Positions 37,085 through 50,680 of a stretch of DNA of 64,000 nucleotides are shown here, one piece after another (the first letter of the stretch is position 1; every line of letters starts with the position of its first letter). The stretch is taken from positions 155,558,001 through 155,622,000 of the forward strand of contig NC_090326.1 of the NCBI RefSeq assembly GCF_035084215.1, read 5' to 3'. The notes under the pieces were generated by a model, which was given only the letters and a program-made list of their open reading frames with translations, was not told the origin of the DNA and did not search any database. A program made the translations under genes and the position numbers. This stretch comes from Heptranchias perlo. Its lineage: Eukaryota.

Positions 37085-37585
37085 CATAGAATCATAGAAC
37101 GATACAGCACAGACGGAGTCCATTCGGTCCATCGTGCTTGTGCTGGCTCTTTGAAAGAGCTAGCCAATTAATCCCATTCCCCCACCCTTCCCCCGTAGCC
37201 CTGTTAATTTTCTCCCCTTCAAGTATTTATTCAATTCTCTTTTGAAAGTTATTATTGAATCTGCTTCCACCACCCTTTCAGGCAGTGCATTCCAGATCAT
37301 AACAACTCACTACGTAAAAAAAATTCTCTTCATGTCCCCCCCTTGGTTCTTTTGCCAATTACCTTAAAGCTGTATCATCTGGTCACCAACCCTCCTGCCA
37401 ATGGAAACAGTTTCTCCCTATCTACTCTATCGAAAGCCTTCATAATTTTGAACACCTCTATTAAATCTCCCCTTAACCTTCTCTGCTCTAAGGTGGACAT
37501 TCCAAGATTGTCTAATCTCTCCATGTAACTGAAGTCCCTCAGCCCTGATAGCATTCTCGTAAATCACTGCACCCTCTCCAAGGTT
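37085..37585 (-). mobile_element. CR1 3' fragment
   Basis: catagaat tail; rc of the ORF2 C-terminus. Confidence 0.88.
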
Positions 37586-37840
37586 ATTTTCAGAAACATC
37601 TAAAAACAGTTCAGGGTCAATAAAATATGATCACTGGTATTATGCAGACGAAAGGAGCCGCAGTGCTCCGCACAGCAAGATCCCACATACAGCAATGAGA
37701 TGACGGAGCAGTTCACAAGATCCCCAGGTAATTACAGATGAGGACGGCCTTTCAGCCCATCAATTCATCCATCTAGAAATACCCCACAGTTCCCACCTCC
37801 TCGCATTGCTGCATTTAATTTTCCTTCCTATGTGCAACTT

Positions 37841-37992
37841 GTGAAATTGGTCATGGGCGGGGACATAAAACGGGCGGGGTTACACTTGGCCCGGTATTCA
37901 GTTCGATTGACTTCAAAAGGGCGTGTCGTATGACGGGCGGCAAATGCGATTTTGCCTGTTTTGTGTCCCCGCCCACGTCCAGTTTCACCCCC
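37841..37992. mobile_element. Small palindromic MITE
   Basis: About 35-bp imperfect TIRs gtgaaattggtcatgggcggggacataaaacgggc / gcctgttttgtgtccccgcccacgtccagtttcac. Confidence 0.7.
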
Positions 37993-38442
37993 TACATTTG
38001 TCAGCATTAAATTTTGTCTGCCATTGTTTTACTCATATCTTGTTCATTTCATTCTGATATTTTTGGGCTGCCTCCTCCGATTCTACAGACCCGCCTAGAT
38101 TGGTACCAACTGCAGATTTGACCAATTTGCATTGCCTTCCTGAATCCAAGTCGATTTGTCTGTTTTCAATGGTGCTGGTCGAGGGAGGCGAACTCGCGGA
38201 TATTCTTCAAATACTGCCCTGGGATCTTTAACGTGCCCCTGAACAGGCAGACTGGGCCTCCGTTTAAAGTCTCGGAAAACGCTGGCAGTCCTGCTGAGGG
38301 ATCACACTCAGGAATATTGTTAGCATTCACCATTCTCAGGTCAAGCGACGACTAGGTTGCGGAGTTCACTCACTGTACTTTTCCCCAACAAGCTAATCTT
38401 GGAAGATTGCCTATTTAATGCACTGATGTGAACCTCCATATC

Positions 38443-39812
38443 TCTGTTTCTGAACAGCGTATCCCCTCTGTCCTGAGATACTGGTGGGGTCTGTTCCTGA
38501 GCAGCGTATCCCCTCGATCCTGAGATACCGGTCGGGTCTGTTTCTGAGCAGCGTATCCCCTCGATCCTGAGATACCGGTCGGGTCTGTTCCTGAGCAGTG
38601 TATCCCCTCGATCCTGAGATACCGGTCGGGTCTGTTCCTGAGCAGCGTATCCCCTCGATCCTGAGATACCGGTCGGGTCTGTTTCTGAGCAGCGTATCCC
38701 CTCTGTCCTGAGATACCGGTCGGGTCTGTTTCTGAGCAGCGTATCCCCTCGATCCTGAGATACCGGTCGGGTCTGTTCCTGAGCAGCGTATCCCCTCTGT
38801 CCTGAGATACTGGTGGGGTCTGTTCCTGAGCAGCGTATCCCCTCTGTCCTGAGATACCGGTCGGGTCTGTTCCTGAACAGCGTATCCCCTCTGTCCTGAG
38901 ATACCGGTCAGGTCTGTTCCTGAACAGCGTATCCCCTCGATCCTGAGATACCGGTTGGGTCTGGTCCTGAGCAGTGTATCCTCTCGATCCTGAGATACCG
39001 GTCGGGTCTGTTTCTGAGCAGTGTATCCCCTCGATCCTGAGATATCGGTTAGGTCTGTTTCTGTGCAGCGTATCCCCTCTGTCCTGAGATACCGGTCGGG
39101 TCTGTTTTTGAGCAGTGTATCCCCTCGATCCTGAGATATCGGTTGGGTCTGTTCCTGAGCAGTGTATCCCCTCGATCCTGAGATATCGGTTGGGTCTGTT
39201 CCTGAGCAGTGTATCCCCTCGATCCTGAGATACCGGTCAGGTCTGTTTCTGAGCAGCGTATCCCCTCTGCCCTGAGATGCTGGTCAGATCTGTTTCTGAG
39301 CAGCGTATCCCCTCGATCCTGAGATACCGGTCGGGTCTGTTCCTGAGCAGCGTATCCCCTCCGTCCTGAGATACCGGTCGGGCCTATTCCTGAGCAGCGT
39401 ATCCCCTCGATCCTGAGATACCGGTTGGGTCTGTTTCTGAGCAGTGTATCCCCTCGATCCTGAGATACCGGTCGGGTCTGTTCCTGAGCAGCGTATCCCC
39501 TCGATCCTGAGATACCGGTCGGGTCTGTTCCTGAGCAGCGTATCCCCTCGATCCTGAGATACCGGTCGGGTCTGTTCCTGAGCAGCGTATCCCCTCGATC
39601 CTGAGATACCGGTCGGGTCTGTTCCTGAGCAGTGTATCCCCTCGATCCTGAGATACTGGTGGGGTCTGTTTCTGTGCAGCGTATCCCCTCGATCCTGAGA
39701 TACCGGTCGGGTCTGTTCCTGAGCAGCGTATCCCCTCGATCCTGAGATACCGGTCGGGTCTGTTTCTGAGCAGCGTATCCCCTCGATCCTGAGATACCGG
39801 TTGGGTCTGTTC
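38443..39812. repeat. 47-bp CpG-rich minisatellite, about 29 copies (gagcagcgtatcccctcgatcctgagataccggtcgggtctgttcct)
   Basis: agcagcgtat at 38641 and 38688. Confidence 0.95.
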
Positions 39813-41547
39813 CCTAGCATGTCGCCAGTTGTCTTTCTCATAAGATTAGCATTTCACTAGCAGGGCCCAACAGTTAAATAGCCAAGGCAAAGAAATGTGA
39901 TATAAAGATGTCAATGTGTCTGTTGTTAATATCACACAGCCCGATTTCAGGACCAGTGTCCGTTCCTTTAAATATTGCTTATGCAAAATGTACAATAACT
40001 TCACCGATACAGACACCAATGTAAAATTCCCCAAAACACAAACTTAGTGATGGTATTGGTGAAATAAAACCTCAGAAAAGGAACAAAATATTCACAAAAA
40101 TGTTAGCAATTTACTAATTGCCCCGGACATGTTTCAGCAACTTCGTTGGAAAAAAACTAGTTTGCAAATAAGCCAAGGGAGCAATGACAATGATCTCTCT
40201 CTTCATTTTAAACCATAAAATAAATTAACAATTTATTGCAGCCATCGGCAGTTCAACGAAAGCCAGCTGCAATTGCACTTCATATTGGCGTTTATTGTCA
40301 CTTATTTTTCTTGATATCTCTGCTTCCTTCTCCTCCTGGAGCTAATCATCTGGTTTTACACAAGGGAAGTGCTTCATTTCACCAGATCAAATGAGAGCAG
40401 TGCTGTCGGCCTCTGCGGAATAGGCGGGAGCTCCACTCTACAGATAGGGCCAAATGGATAAAAAATAGCTCAAGAGGCCTCTCATCGGTACAGTGCTCCA
40501 AAAACTTCACTGCGTTCCACCCCTTATATCGACTTTCATTCCACACCCCGTGCCTCAGGAACCATTTGGACCCCACTTGAGTTCTCATACTCTCAATCTG
40601 CTCTCGGCCCAAATCACAGTAGCCTCGTGTTTATGGAATTCCTAAAGAGCGGGAGAGACAGATCCTGGTGTCCCATAACTGTTGGATTGATGTTGAAACT
40701 GGGACATGACAGGACGTGAGCCAAAAAACAGAGCCTTAACTTGTTTTCAATGCAGCAAAGAGGTCTGAGAGGGGACATGATCCATGTTCTCAGGATGGTG
40801 AGGGAAATGGATAATGTAGTTGGAAGTAGGCCAATAAAACTCTTATCTGAACAACCCATAATATGGTTAGGACCTCTATTAAAATCCATCACCATGGCAA
40901 TAGGAGATGTCAGATGGGTCGGGGGAGGGGGAAAGGAAACCAATCTATGTGAGTTCATTAGTTTCTTAGCATCCAGTGTGGAAATGAAGGGTTTCTGCTT
41001 TGTCTGCATTTCTAGTTCGTGTCCCGACGGGAGGTCATGGGATGAAACCTCCAGGAATACACCCAACCAGAGTTGGCAACCCTGGAAGAGAGGGGTGGGA
41101 GGGCTACGTGACCCCAGCAAGAGGGAGAGAGGTGCTGTGGCAGAAGGCCGGAGGCTGGTGCAGACTGTAGGTGTTCTTTCAGATTGGGGGTGGGGTGGGA
41201 GTTGCGTCTTCATCCGGGCAGGCAAACTACCTGGGCCGTGAAACACTCCACACTCCTTCGATGCTCTCACCCGGGCAGTTCACCTGTCCTGGGCAAGATA
41301 CTGAGAGTGTTGGTTGTTTTATGTTTCTATTTGTGACACACACACACCCTCGCCCTGTCCTCACTCCTCACTGGGGCAGTAGCAGCAGCAGCAACAAGCA
41401 ACTGCAGTAACAGCTTTACCTTCCTGCTCCCCCCACTCCCCCCCCCTCCAATTTGTTCAATGATTTCCAAAGATTCATTGACTACGGTGTACCAAGCCCA
41501 TGAAGGCCAAGTCCCAGCAGTTTCCTGCTGCTGCAGCCTTCACATTG

Positions 41548-41985
41548 CTGCTGTGGCTCAGTTGGTCATGCCTCTGAGTTATCAAGGTGGTTAGTTCAAG
41601 TCCCATTCCAGAGACTTGAGTGCATAATCTAGGCTGACATTCTGAGTGCTGCACTGTTGGAGGCGCTGTCTTTTGGATGAGACGTTAAATTGAGGCACTG
41701 TCTGCCCTCTTAGGTGGATCCCATGGCACTATTTCGAAGACGAGCAGGGGAGTCCTCCCCAGTGTCCTGATCAATATTTATCCATCAACCAACATCACTC
41801 AAAAAAAAACAGATTATCTGGTCATTATCACACTGCTGTTTGTGGGAGCTTGCTGTGCACAAATTGACTGCCCCATTTCCTACATTACAACAGTGACTAC
41901 ACTTCAAAAGTACTTCATTGGCTCTAAAGCACTTTGGGACGTCCTTGGTCGTGAAAGGCGCAATACTAATGCAAGACGTTTTATT
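41548..41985 (+). mobile_element. Deu-domain SINE
   Basis: Head, Deu core and L2-like tail. Confidence 0.85.
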
Positions 41986-42419
41986 TGTTGCGTACTCTCC
42001 ACGAAGCTGCTGCATCGCAGAGTCTCAAGGAAAGGAGCAGTGGCTCTCCTGATTTACATTGCGTATAATAACAGGCGATTAATGTATTTTAATTTTGCTT
42101 TATAACTCTCGGTGAAGGCAATCTCGATTGAGGTGCATCCTGTCTGCTGCTTAAGAGCTCTAAAAGTTAATGTCTTGTTTGTTCTTTACAGCGTTACGAA
42201 TTAAATGCCGTCATTAAACAAAAAAAGGGCTGTAACTTGCAGGAGTGATTAGAAAATGGTTTGGAGGTTTTTTCTAAACATTATGATTGTAAGGCGAGCT
42301 GTGTTTCTGGCAGGATCAGCAACAACTGCAGAGCTTTCCAATTCAAAGGAGAACGTGGGGGGGAGGGGAGCGGAGTGGGACTTCTGCCGATGGAAAGAAT
42401 CCAAGGTGTCCAATTCAGT

Positions 42420-42565
42420 CAATCATAGAATTTTATAGCACGGCAGGCCATTTGGCCCATTGTGCCTGTGCCGGCTCTTTGAAAGAGCTATCCAATTAGT
42501 CCCACTCCCTCCACTCTCTTTCCTCATAGCCCTGCAAATTTTCTCCCCTTCAAGTATTTATCCAA
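42420..42565 (-). mobile_element. CR1 3' tail fragment
   Basis: aatcatagaa...ggccatttggccc. Confidence 0.8.
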
Positions 42566-43339
42566 TATCAATATTATCAATAGAATAAAAATAAAAGCAG
42601 GTGCAGTATTGCTGGTCTATTGTATGGGCTTTAATTGGGACACGCTGTGTGAGACAGGTTAAAAACACCTAAAAGGGTAAATGGTGCCCCCGTTCATGGT
42701 GCTTTTTCATTTCATCACGAAAACTACCCAAAGATGGCAGGGCAAAATTCCGACTTGTATTGTGGACTGTGGTAGGCGATAGACAAAATTATGGGGGTGG
42801 GATAAATGTAACCTAGTCCGCTCAGTGAGAAACTGTGTTCATCAAGGTGAGGGATGTCAGTGCTGGATTTAGAAACCCAGGCCTCGATTTTAACCCCCCC
42901 CCCCGCCACATCTGCTGGAAACCAGGCCGGGGGTGTTGGGTATTGGGGGGGGAGAGCAGTTAAAATGGAGCACGGGGGAACTTACTCACTCTTTTCATGC
43001 CCCTAATCCGACCGATTGCTGTTTTAAACTGCAGGCGGCAAGGATGCCCTCCGCAAGCTGGCATGGCACTCTTTAAATATGCAGGTCGGTCTCCGATGAC
43101 GCCATCGAGCAATGGTGGCTTCCCCCCACCCTCCCACCCCTCTCGCCACTTCCTTTTGTGAAATCCGTTCTAATTATTTTTTAATCTATCTAGATATTTA
43201 GTAATTTCATCTCTAATTGAAGATTCCAAAATGTTCCCTATCACAGATGTTAAACTAACTGACCTGTAATTACCTAGGTTAACACTGTCTCCTTTTTTTA
43301 AAATGGGTACTACATTGACAACTCTCAATAGTACCCTCT

Positions 43340-43705
43340 CAATAGGATTAGACAGACTAGATGCAGGGAGGATGTTCCCGATGGCTGGGGAGTCCAGAAC
43401 CAGGGGTCACAGTCTCAGGATACGGGGTATGCCATTTAGAACCGAGATGAGGAGAAATTTCTTCACTCAGAGGGTGGTGAGCCTGTGGAATTCTCTACCA
43501 CAGAAGGCAGTGGAGGCCAAGTCATTAGATGTATTCAAGAAGGAGATAGATATATTTCTTAATGCTAAAGGGATCAAGGGATATGGGGAAAAAGCAGGAA
43601 CAGGGTACTGAGTTAGACGATCAGCCATGATCATTTTGAATGGCGAAGCAGGCCTGAAGGGCCGAATGGCCTACTCTTGCTCCTATTTTCTATGTTTCTA
43701 TGTTA
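43340..43705 (+). mobile_element. CR1 3' fragment
   Basis: GLDRLDAGRMFPMAGESRTRGHSLRI...FFTQRVVSLWNSLP. Confidence 0.9.
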
Positions 43706-43894
43706 TCCTAAAAATATGATTTCCAGGGCCTTTCTCTAACTTCCCCCATTTCCCACAGGATCCTCGGGTCCAGTCAAGTCCCGGCATTTTGTCCTTCTTA
43801 ACTAATTTCTCCAATACGTTCCTTTTATTTTATTCTAATATCTATGTGGAAAAGACCAGGAGATGGTGGGACTGTGCAAGGGAAAACCTGAATA

Positions 43895-44635
43895 AAGAAA
43901 CACTGGCATTTATCTAGCGCCTTTCACAACCTCAGGATGTCCCAAAGCACTTTACAGCCAATGAAGTACTTTTGAAGTTTTACGGCCACCTGAGAGGGCA
44001 GACAGGGCCTCGGGTTAACATCTCATCCTATTGACGGCACCTCGGACAGTGCAGCACTCCCTCAGTACTGCATTGGAGTGTCGGCCTAGTGTCAGCCATG
44101 GCTCAGTTGGTTACATGCTCACCCCTGAGTTAGAAGAGAGTTTGTGGGTTCAAGTTCCCACTTCCAGAGACTTGAGCACAAAATCTAGGCTGACACTCCA
44201 GTGCAGCACTGAGGGAGTGCCGCACTGTTGGTGGTGCCACTTTTTGGATGAGACGTTAAACCGAGGCCCCCGTCTGCCCTCTCAGGCGAATGTAAAAGAT
44301 CCCATGACATTATTTGGAGGAAGAGATGGGGAGCTCTCCCCAGTGTCCTGGCCAATATTTACCCCTCAACCAACATCACTAAAACAGATTACATGGTCAA
44401 TATCACATTGCCGTTTGTGGGACCTTGCTGTGTTCAAATTGGCTGTATTATAACAGTGACAACACTTCAAAAGTACATTGTTGGCTATAAAGCACTTTGA
44501 GGCCATGCAAGACACTACATATAAATACAAGTTGTTTTTCCTTTATTATACACTCAAGTCTCTGGAGTGGGACTTGAACCTACAAACCTTGGGACTCAGA
44601 GGTGAGAGTGCTACCCACTGAGCCACAGCCAACAC
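43895..44635. mobile_element. Minus Deu-SINE with a plus Deu-SINE (about 44089-44540) nested inside
   Basis: Minus SINE tail, plus SINE, then minus SINE head. Confidence 0.8.
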
Positions 44636-45595
44636 AACAATACCTGGAGAGCTCAAGGAGCTGAGAGAGGGGAGAGTTTGAATGGAAAGCTCGTGTAGCA
44701 TCTGTTTTTATGATAAACAACCGACCAGATTATCTTTAGCGGGGCGATAGTCGGACTCCTGAAGCCATCTCACAATAAATGGCTGGCGTGTGCCCAGACT
44801 TCCTTTCAGATACTTGTGGGATCATTTAATGTCAAGTGGAAACAGGTGCAAGTCATCTTCCCACCAGTAAACCACTTGAGGCAGAAAATTGGTCCGGAAA
44901 AAAAAAATGCACACAGAGCAGCAATTTCCATGGAAATGCTTTAGAATAACAAGGCGGAGGGTGAGGGGGGGGGTGAGGAAATCCTAAGGAGAACATTTCT
45001 GTGCAAGCAGTTAACAAACACACACCCGTGGAAAGCCATCGCACCGAGTCAAACTCTCGGCAAGTACGAGTTAAGGTGAAATAAAGTGAGCCTGTCTTGT
45101 CCACCTGGGCTGTGTCACAGTCTTTGCTGAACTGCACATCTGATTAATATTTTAATGAATGTACAGTGATGTGCACGGCATGAAAATGCGTCATCCGCTT
45201 CATTCCCAGCAGGGAGGGTTTAACACGTCGCACACCTTGGGAGCACCGCACGAGGCATTTATTTTTAAAATGTTTTTTTTTTGCGAACTGCCACTTTTGG
45301 AACTTTTTTTTTAACAGGAGCTAAGTATGTTTTTAAATGCTCACCGGCGTTATTGTTCCTAATGTCGTCTCGAGCACAGAGTTTTTTCTAATGAAACTTT
45401 CTCCGCTCGTTTTCCCCGCTCCTCCCCTGCTGCTTGTGACTCCTCGATGGGCGGGGTGTGACTGCACGGACGCCAGGAGTTCCGTAGTACATTGCACAAC
45501 CCCATTATTCATGTGTGAGCCTTGACAAAGAACGTTGCGAGGATATTTGGCCACTGGGGCATAATAGTCAACTCAATCCTGTTCTCAGCTGAAAT

Positions 45596-46595
45596 TCACA
45601 CACACACATGCATACACAAATAAATACACACCCANNNNNNNNNNNNNNNNNNNNNNNNNNNNNNNNNNNNNNNNNNNNNNNNNNNNNNNNNNNNNNNNNN
45701 NNNNNNNNNNNNNNNNNNNNNNNNNNNNNNNNNNNNNNNNNNNNNNNNNNNNNNNNNNNNNNNNNNNNNNNNNNNNNNNNNNNNNNNNNNNNNNNNNNNN
45801 NNNNNNNNNNNNNNNNNNNNNNNNNNNNNNNNNNNNNNNNNNNNNNNNNNNNNNNNNNNNNNNNNNNNNNNNNNNNNNNNNNNNNNNNNNNNNNNNNNNN
45901 NNNNNNNNNNNNNNNNNNNNNNNNNNNNNNNNNNNNNNNNNNNNNNNNNNNNNNNNNNNNNNNNNNNNNNNNNNNNNNNNNNNNNNNNNNNNNNNNNNNN
46001 NNNNNNNNNNNNNNCACTCACTCATACACAGAAACGCNNNNNNNNNNNNNNNNNNNNNNNNNNNNNNNNNNNNNNNNNNNNNNNNNNNNNNNNNNNNNNN
46101 NNNNNNNNNNNNNNNNNNNNNNNNNNNNNNNNNNNNNNNNNNNNNNNNNNNNNNNNNNNNNNNNNNNNNNNNNNNNNNNNNNNNNNNNNNNNNNNNNNNN
46201 NNNNNNNNNNNNNNNNNNNNNNNNNNNNNNNNNNNNNNNNNNNNNNNNNNNNNNNNNNNNNNNNNNNNNNNNNNNNNNNNNNNNNNNNNNNNNNNNNNNN
46301 NNNNNNNNNNNNNNNNNNNNNTACACAACATACACACATACGCATATGTACACACTCACATACACACACTCATACACCGACACACATATACATGCACAAG
46401 TACACACACAAACTCACACANNNNNNNNNNNNNNNNNNNNNNNNNNNNNNNNNNNNNNNNNNNNNNNNNNNNNNNNNNNNNNNNNNNNNNNNNNNNNNNN
46501 NNNNNNNNNNNNNNNNNNNNNNNNNNNNNNNNNNNNNNNNNNNNNNNNNNNNTATAGACACATGCAAATACACACACCCACACACACTCACATAC
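45596..46595. repeat. CA-rich low-complexity tract with three N runs (45635-46014, 46038-46321, 46421-46552)
   Basis: (CA)/(CACATA) sequence flanks and separates the N runs. Confidence 0.9.
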
Positions 46596-47244
46596 TTTCA
46601 GCAGGGGTTGCGGGATAACTATCAGGACCTGGCCTATTTTCTCTCCACTGAGGCCACTACTGATCCCTAATGTCACCCCAGCTGAGACATTGTAAGTTAT
46701 ATTTATGTTATATGCAGTCACAACACAAATTTTTATGAACAGCAGTGCCTGCTCCCATTTCCCTGTCTGCTACACTCTCCAGCCTTCCAGACTGAATAAA
46801 TCTGCCACCTTTAAGTTCTGGCTGCATCAGCTCCTTCAGCTGTACAGGGCTTATCAGTTGAACACAGACTTTTCTGAAACCATTAACCCAATACCTGACT
46901 GTAGTAAAAAGGCAAATAAGTCATTAGTTTTCATTAGCAGAGGGATACCGTGCAAATCAAAGGAGCTGGATGGATATAAGAACAAAAATATTGAAAATGC
47001 ACAGCAGGGCAATCAGGTTCTCAGGTTGTATTATCGCTAGGAACATAGGAAAGTGCAGGGCCCAAAAGGACCAGAGCAGTTCATCTGACCGGTTCCCAGT
47101 GTCTGGGAAATATCCTATCCCATGAAACCGCTCAGACCCCTCTAGCAATGTTTTCTCCAGGTACTTACCTGACTCTCTTGAGTTTGCTAATTATTTGCAG
47201 AATTATCTGCCTCTGTGGATTATTGTGCATGGGGGAAAGGAGAA

Positions 47245-47605
47245 AGGGCTTGACAGAGTAGATGCTGAGAGGATGTTTCCCCTGGCTGGAGAGTCTAGAA
47301 CTAGGGGACATTGTCTCAGGATAAGGGGTCGGCCATTTAGGACTGAGATGAGGAGGAATTTCTTCACTCAGAGGGTTGTGAATCTTTGGAATTCTCTACC
47401 CCAGAGGGCTGTGGATGCTCAGTCGTTGAGTATATTCAAGACTGAGATCGATAGACTTTTGGACTCTAAGGGAATCAAGGGATATGGGGATAGGGTGGGA
47501 AAGTGGAGTTAAGGTCGAAGATCAGCCACGATCTTAATGAATGTCAGAGCAGGCTCGAGGGGCCGTATGACGTACTGCTGCTCGTATTTCTTATGTTTCT
47601 TATGT
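47245..47605 (+). mobile_element. CR1 3' fragment
   Basis: GLDRVDAERMFPLAGESRTRGH. Confidence 0.9.
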
Positions 47606-47699
47606 ATCTTATGAAAGAATCCATTTATAACTCAACCGAGAAGTGCCATCAAATTACTGATGTGCAAATGCTCAGTGTTGAAAAAAGTCAGAGACACAG

Positions 47700-48060
47700 A
47701 GGGTTCTCATCCTTGTGTTCAAATCCATCCATGGCCTCGCCCCTCCCTATCTCTGTAAACTCCTTCAGCCCTACATCCCTCCGAGAACTCTGCGTTCCTC
47801 CAACTCTGGTCTCTTGCGCATCCCCCACTTCCTTTGCCACACCATTGGCGGCTATTCCTTCAGTCATCTAGGCTCTAAGCTCTGAAATTCCCTCCCTAAA
47901 CCTCTCTCTCTCCTCCTTTAAGACACTTCTCTGACCGAGCTTTTGGTCACCTGTCCTAATGTCTCCTTCTTTGGCTCGGTAACAATTTTTGTCTCATTTA
48001 CGTGCCTTGAGATGTTTTACTATGTTAAAGGCACTATATAAATGCAAGTTGCTGTTGTTG
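47700..48060 (+). mobile_element. L2 3' fragment
   Basis: Collinear with 35455-35855. Confidence 0.85.
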
Positions 48061-48514
48061 TAAAGTGTATTCGATTTGTGGAATAAATTATGAGGGCAAA
48101 CCATTGAGGCAGACTGTATAAATGGGCAATTAGATGAGTTTCTGGATACCGAAAAGATTGAGGGATATGGGTTGAGAAGGTGAGTAGGCGGAGTTGATCT
48201 AACAAAATGGGTTGAACCTAATGGCCTTTTCCTGTTCCTAAAGAATCTTATGATCATATAGTCTGTGGGGGAGCGGGGAGGGGCTCGCTGAGGCGAGTAA
48301 CCCTTTCTCACTCTATTCTTTCTCATGACTAGCAATAGTGGAAATATAGGATTTATGGCAAGTGGGGAGAGAGCAAGAATGCTAAACTATTAATAACAAA
48401 GGACACAGAACTCTCTCTTATTCCACTGATACAAATTGAATTCCATTCATGTGCCTGGCATTTCCCCCGATCACTCATTCACCACCAATTTAGGTGTGTT
48501 CCCGTTTGCAGTAA

Positions 48515-48785
48515 AAGAAAGAACTTGCATTTATATAGCGCCTTTCTCGACCTCAGGGTGTCCCAAAGTGCTTTACAGCAAATCAAGTGCTTTTTTGTCA
48601 CTGTTGTAGTGTAGGAAATGCAGTAGCCAATTTGTCCACAGCAAGCTCCCACAAACAGCAATGTGATAATGACCAGATCATCTGTTTTAGTGACGTTGAT
48701 TGAGGGGTAAATATTGACCAGGACACGTGGGGAGAACTCCCCTGCCCTACTTCGAAATGGTGCCATGGGATCTTTAATGTCAACG
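48515..48785 (-). mobile_element. Deu-SINE 3' half
   Basis: rc Deu core and tail. Confidence 0.8.
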
Positions 48786-50349
48786 GAAATAAAAACCGGG
48801 AGAGCTGTGAAACGGGCTGCCGACTTGCTATCACCCGTTTTACACCATCGCACAAAGTTAAGGTCTACCCCATAATGTTAAAATTAGAGCTGGGCCATTC
48901 AGGAGTGAAATCAGGGAGCACTTTTTCACACAAAGGGTAGTGGAAATCTGGAACTCACTCCCCCAAAAGGCTGGCGATGCTGGGACAACTGAAGCTTGGC
49001 TTGTATTCCCTTGAGTTTAAAAGATTGAGTGGCGTTTTGATCGAGGCGTTTCAAATATTTAAAAGATTTGAGAGGAAACATAGGAACAGGAGTAGGCCAT
49101 TCAGCCCCTCGTGAGGGTAGATACAGAGAAACTATTTCCTCTGGCGGGGGAATCAAGAACGAGGGAGGGGACATGGGATCATATTGAAGTCAGCAGAAAT
49201 AAAAAAAATCAGGAGAGATGTATAAGGGGCTGCAGACTCGCTATCACCCGTCTTACAATATCGTCTCAGTGACATTTCGTGCACAAAATAGGGCATTCTT
49301 CAAATGGGATTGTGCCACTAGCAAGAGAAAGTGACGGGGTAGAGTGAAGAAATAATAAACAATTGAGCCACTGTTTGCTGGGCAAACATTTGTATCCCAT
49401 TTACAGTACGTGATACCCAGCACCGAGCAGTTGCACTGTTAGGAGCACGCAGCAATTTTCAGACAGGGTTAAATGTTTATCCCAGGCCACCCAACTGCTG
49501 GCTGAAATGCGCAGGCCAGCTGCCTTCTTATGCCAGCAGGAAAGCGTGCAGACAACACAGATGGGCACAGCAGGGGTTGAGGGGGGAGAGCGGGGGGCGG
49601 AGTAAAAGGTCCTGTGATGAGGAGACACCGAGAAGAATGAACAAGAGTCGGGAAAGGCCCTTCCCAGAGGTCCTCAATCACTCACTGCGGTTTAGCAGGA
49701 GAGGACACGTAGCCCCTTGTGTTAAGGTAAAGCCCAGCTATTATTGTCAGCCAAGCAGAAACAGGGCCTCCTCGATAGCGCTGTTCACTGTAAATAGGTG
49801 TGAGAGTTTACTTGCGGCCAAATGTGTTTTCTCTGAAAACGCTTGTTTTTATTAGTATATAAACGGCTGTGATAAAACGTGAGCTGGAAATAATTTATCA
49901 CAAAGTTCGGGACTTGGTGGTGAGATCGTTGGTCATTTGGGCCTCTTGCTGTTATTGCCATCACCCTCAGAGAAGGGGCTGCCAGGGGAGGGGGGAGCAT
50001 ATTTCCACATTTTATTAACACCGTGGCGGTGAAATTGGTCTCAGCCAATGATGAGGATCGGCAGCCCGCGTTGCACAGTGTTCGATTGGGAAAGAAAGTC
50101 GGGTGCGGTGTAAAAGGGGCTCCCAATTTGCTATGAGTGCTTATCGCACTACTGGGACGACCAATTTCACTCACCCTTTGTTTCCTTGGTTCACTGAATT
50201 CTGTGAGCAGATTGTAATTTCAAATATATCTTTCAAATGAACACACCAAATTGTTGAAATTGGCCGTTCCTCAATCAAGGTTCAGTGTAGCTTTAAGAAA
50301 TGTAGTGATCCATTTTTAGGCAATTCTTTTTCCTCCATTTATGCTCCTT

Positions 50350-50680
50350 CTTAGCCCCGGTATCATTCTGGTGAATCTGCACTGCACCCCGTCCAAGGCC
50401 AATATATCCTTCCTGAGGTGCGGTGCCCAGAACTGAATGCAGTACTCCAGATGGGGTCGAACCAGAGCTTTATACAACTGTAACATAACTTAGAATCATA
50501 GAATGCAGCACAGAAGGAGGCTATTCGGCCCATTGTGCCTGTGCCAGCTCTTTGAAAGAGCTATCCAATTAGTCCCACTCCCCAGCCCTGTAAGTTTTTC
50601 CCCTTCATGTATTTAGCCAATTCCCTTTTGAAAGTTATTATTGAATCTGCTTTCAGATGGTGCATTCCACCCTTTTGTAT
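50350..50680 (-). mobile_element. Nested CR1 fragments
   Basis: rc [11 protein letters not shown] plus a tagaatca tail fragment. Confidence 0.75.

Noticed and set aside
39284-39841. 185-aa repetitive ORF
   Set aside because: The 47-bp unit is not a multiple of 3; chance open frame in a VNTR
45350-45588. Minus-strand exon between tttcag and gtgagc
   Set aside because: Stops in all frames, and the acceptor lies in a dispersed repeat beside the CA tract
45568-46721. Long X-containing ORFs
   Set aside because: Caused by N runs
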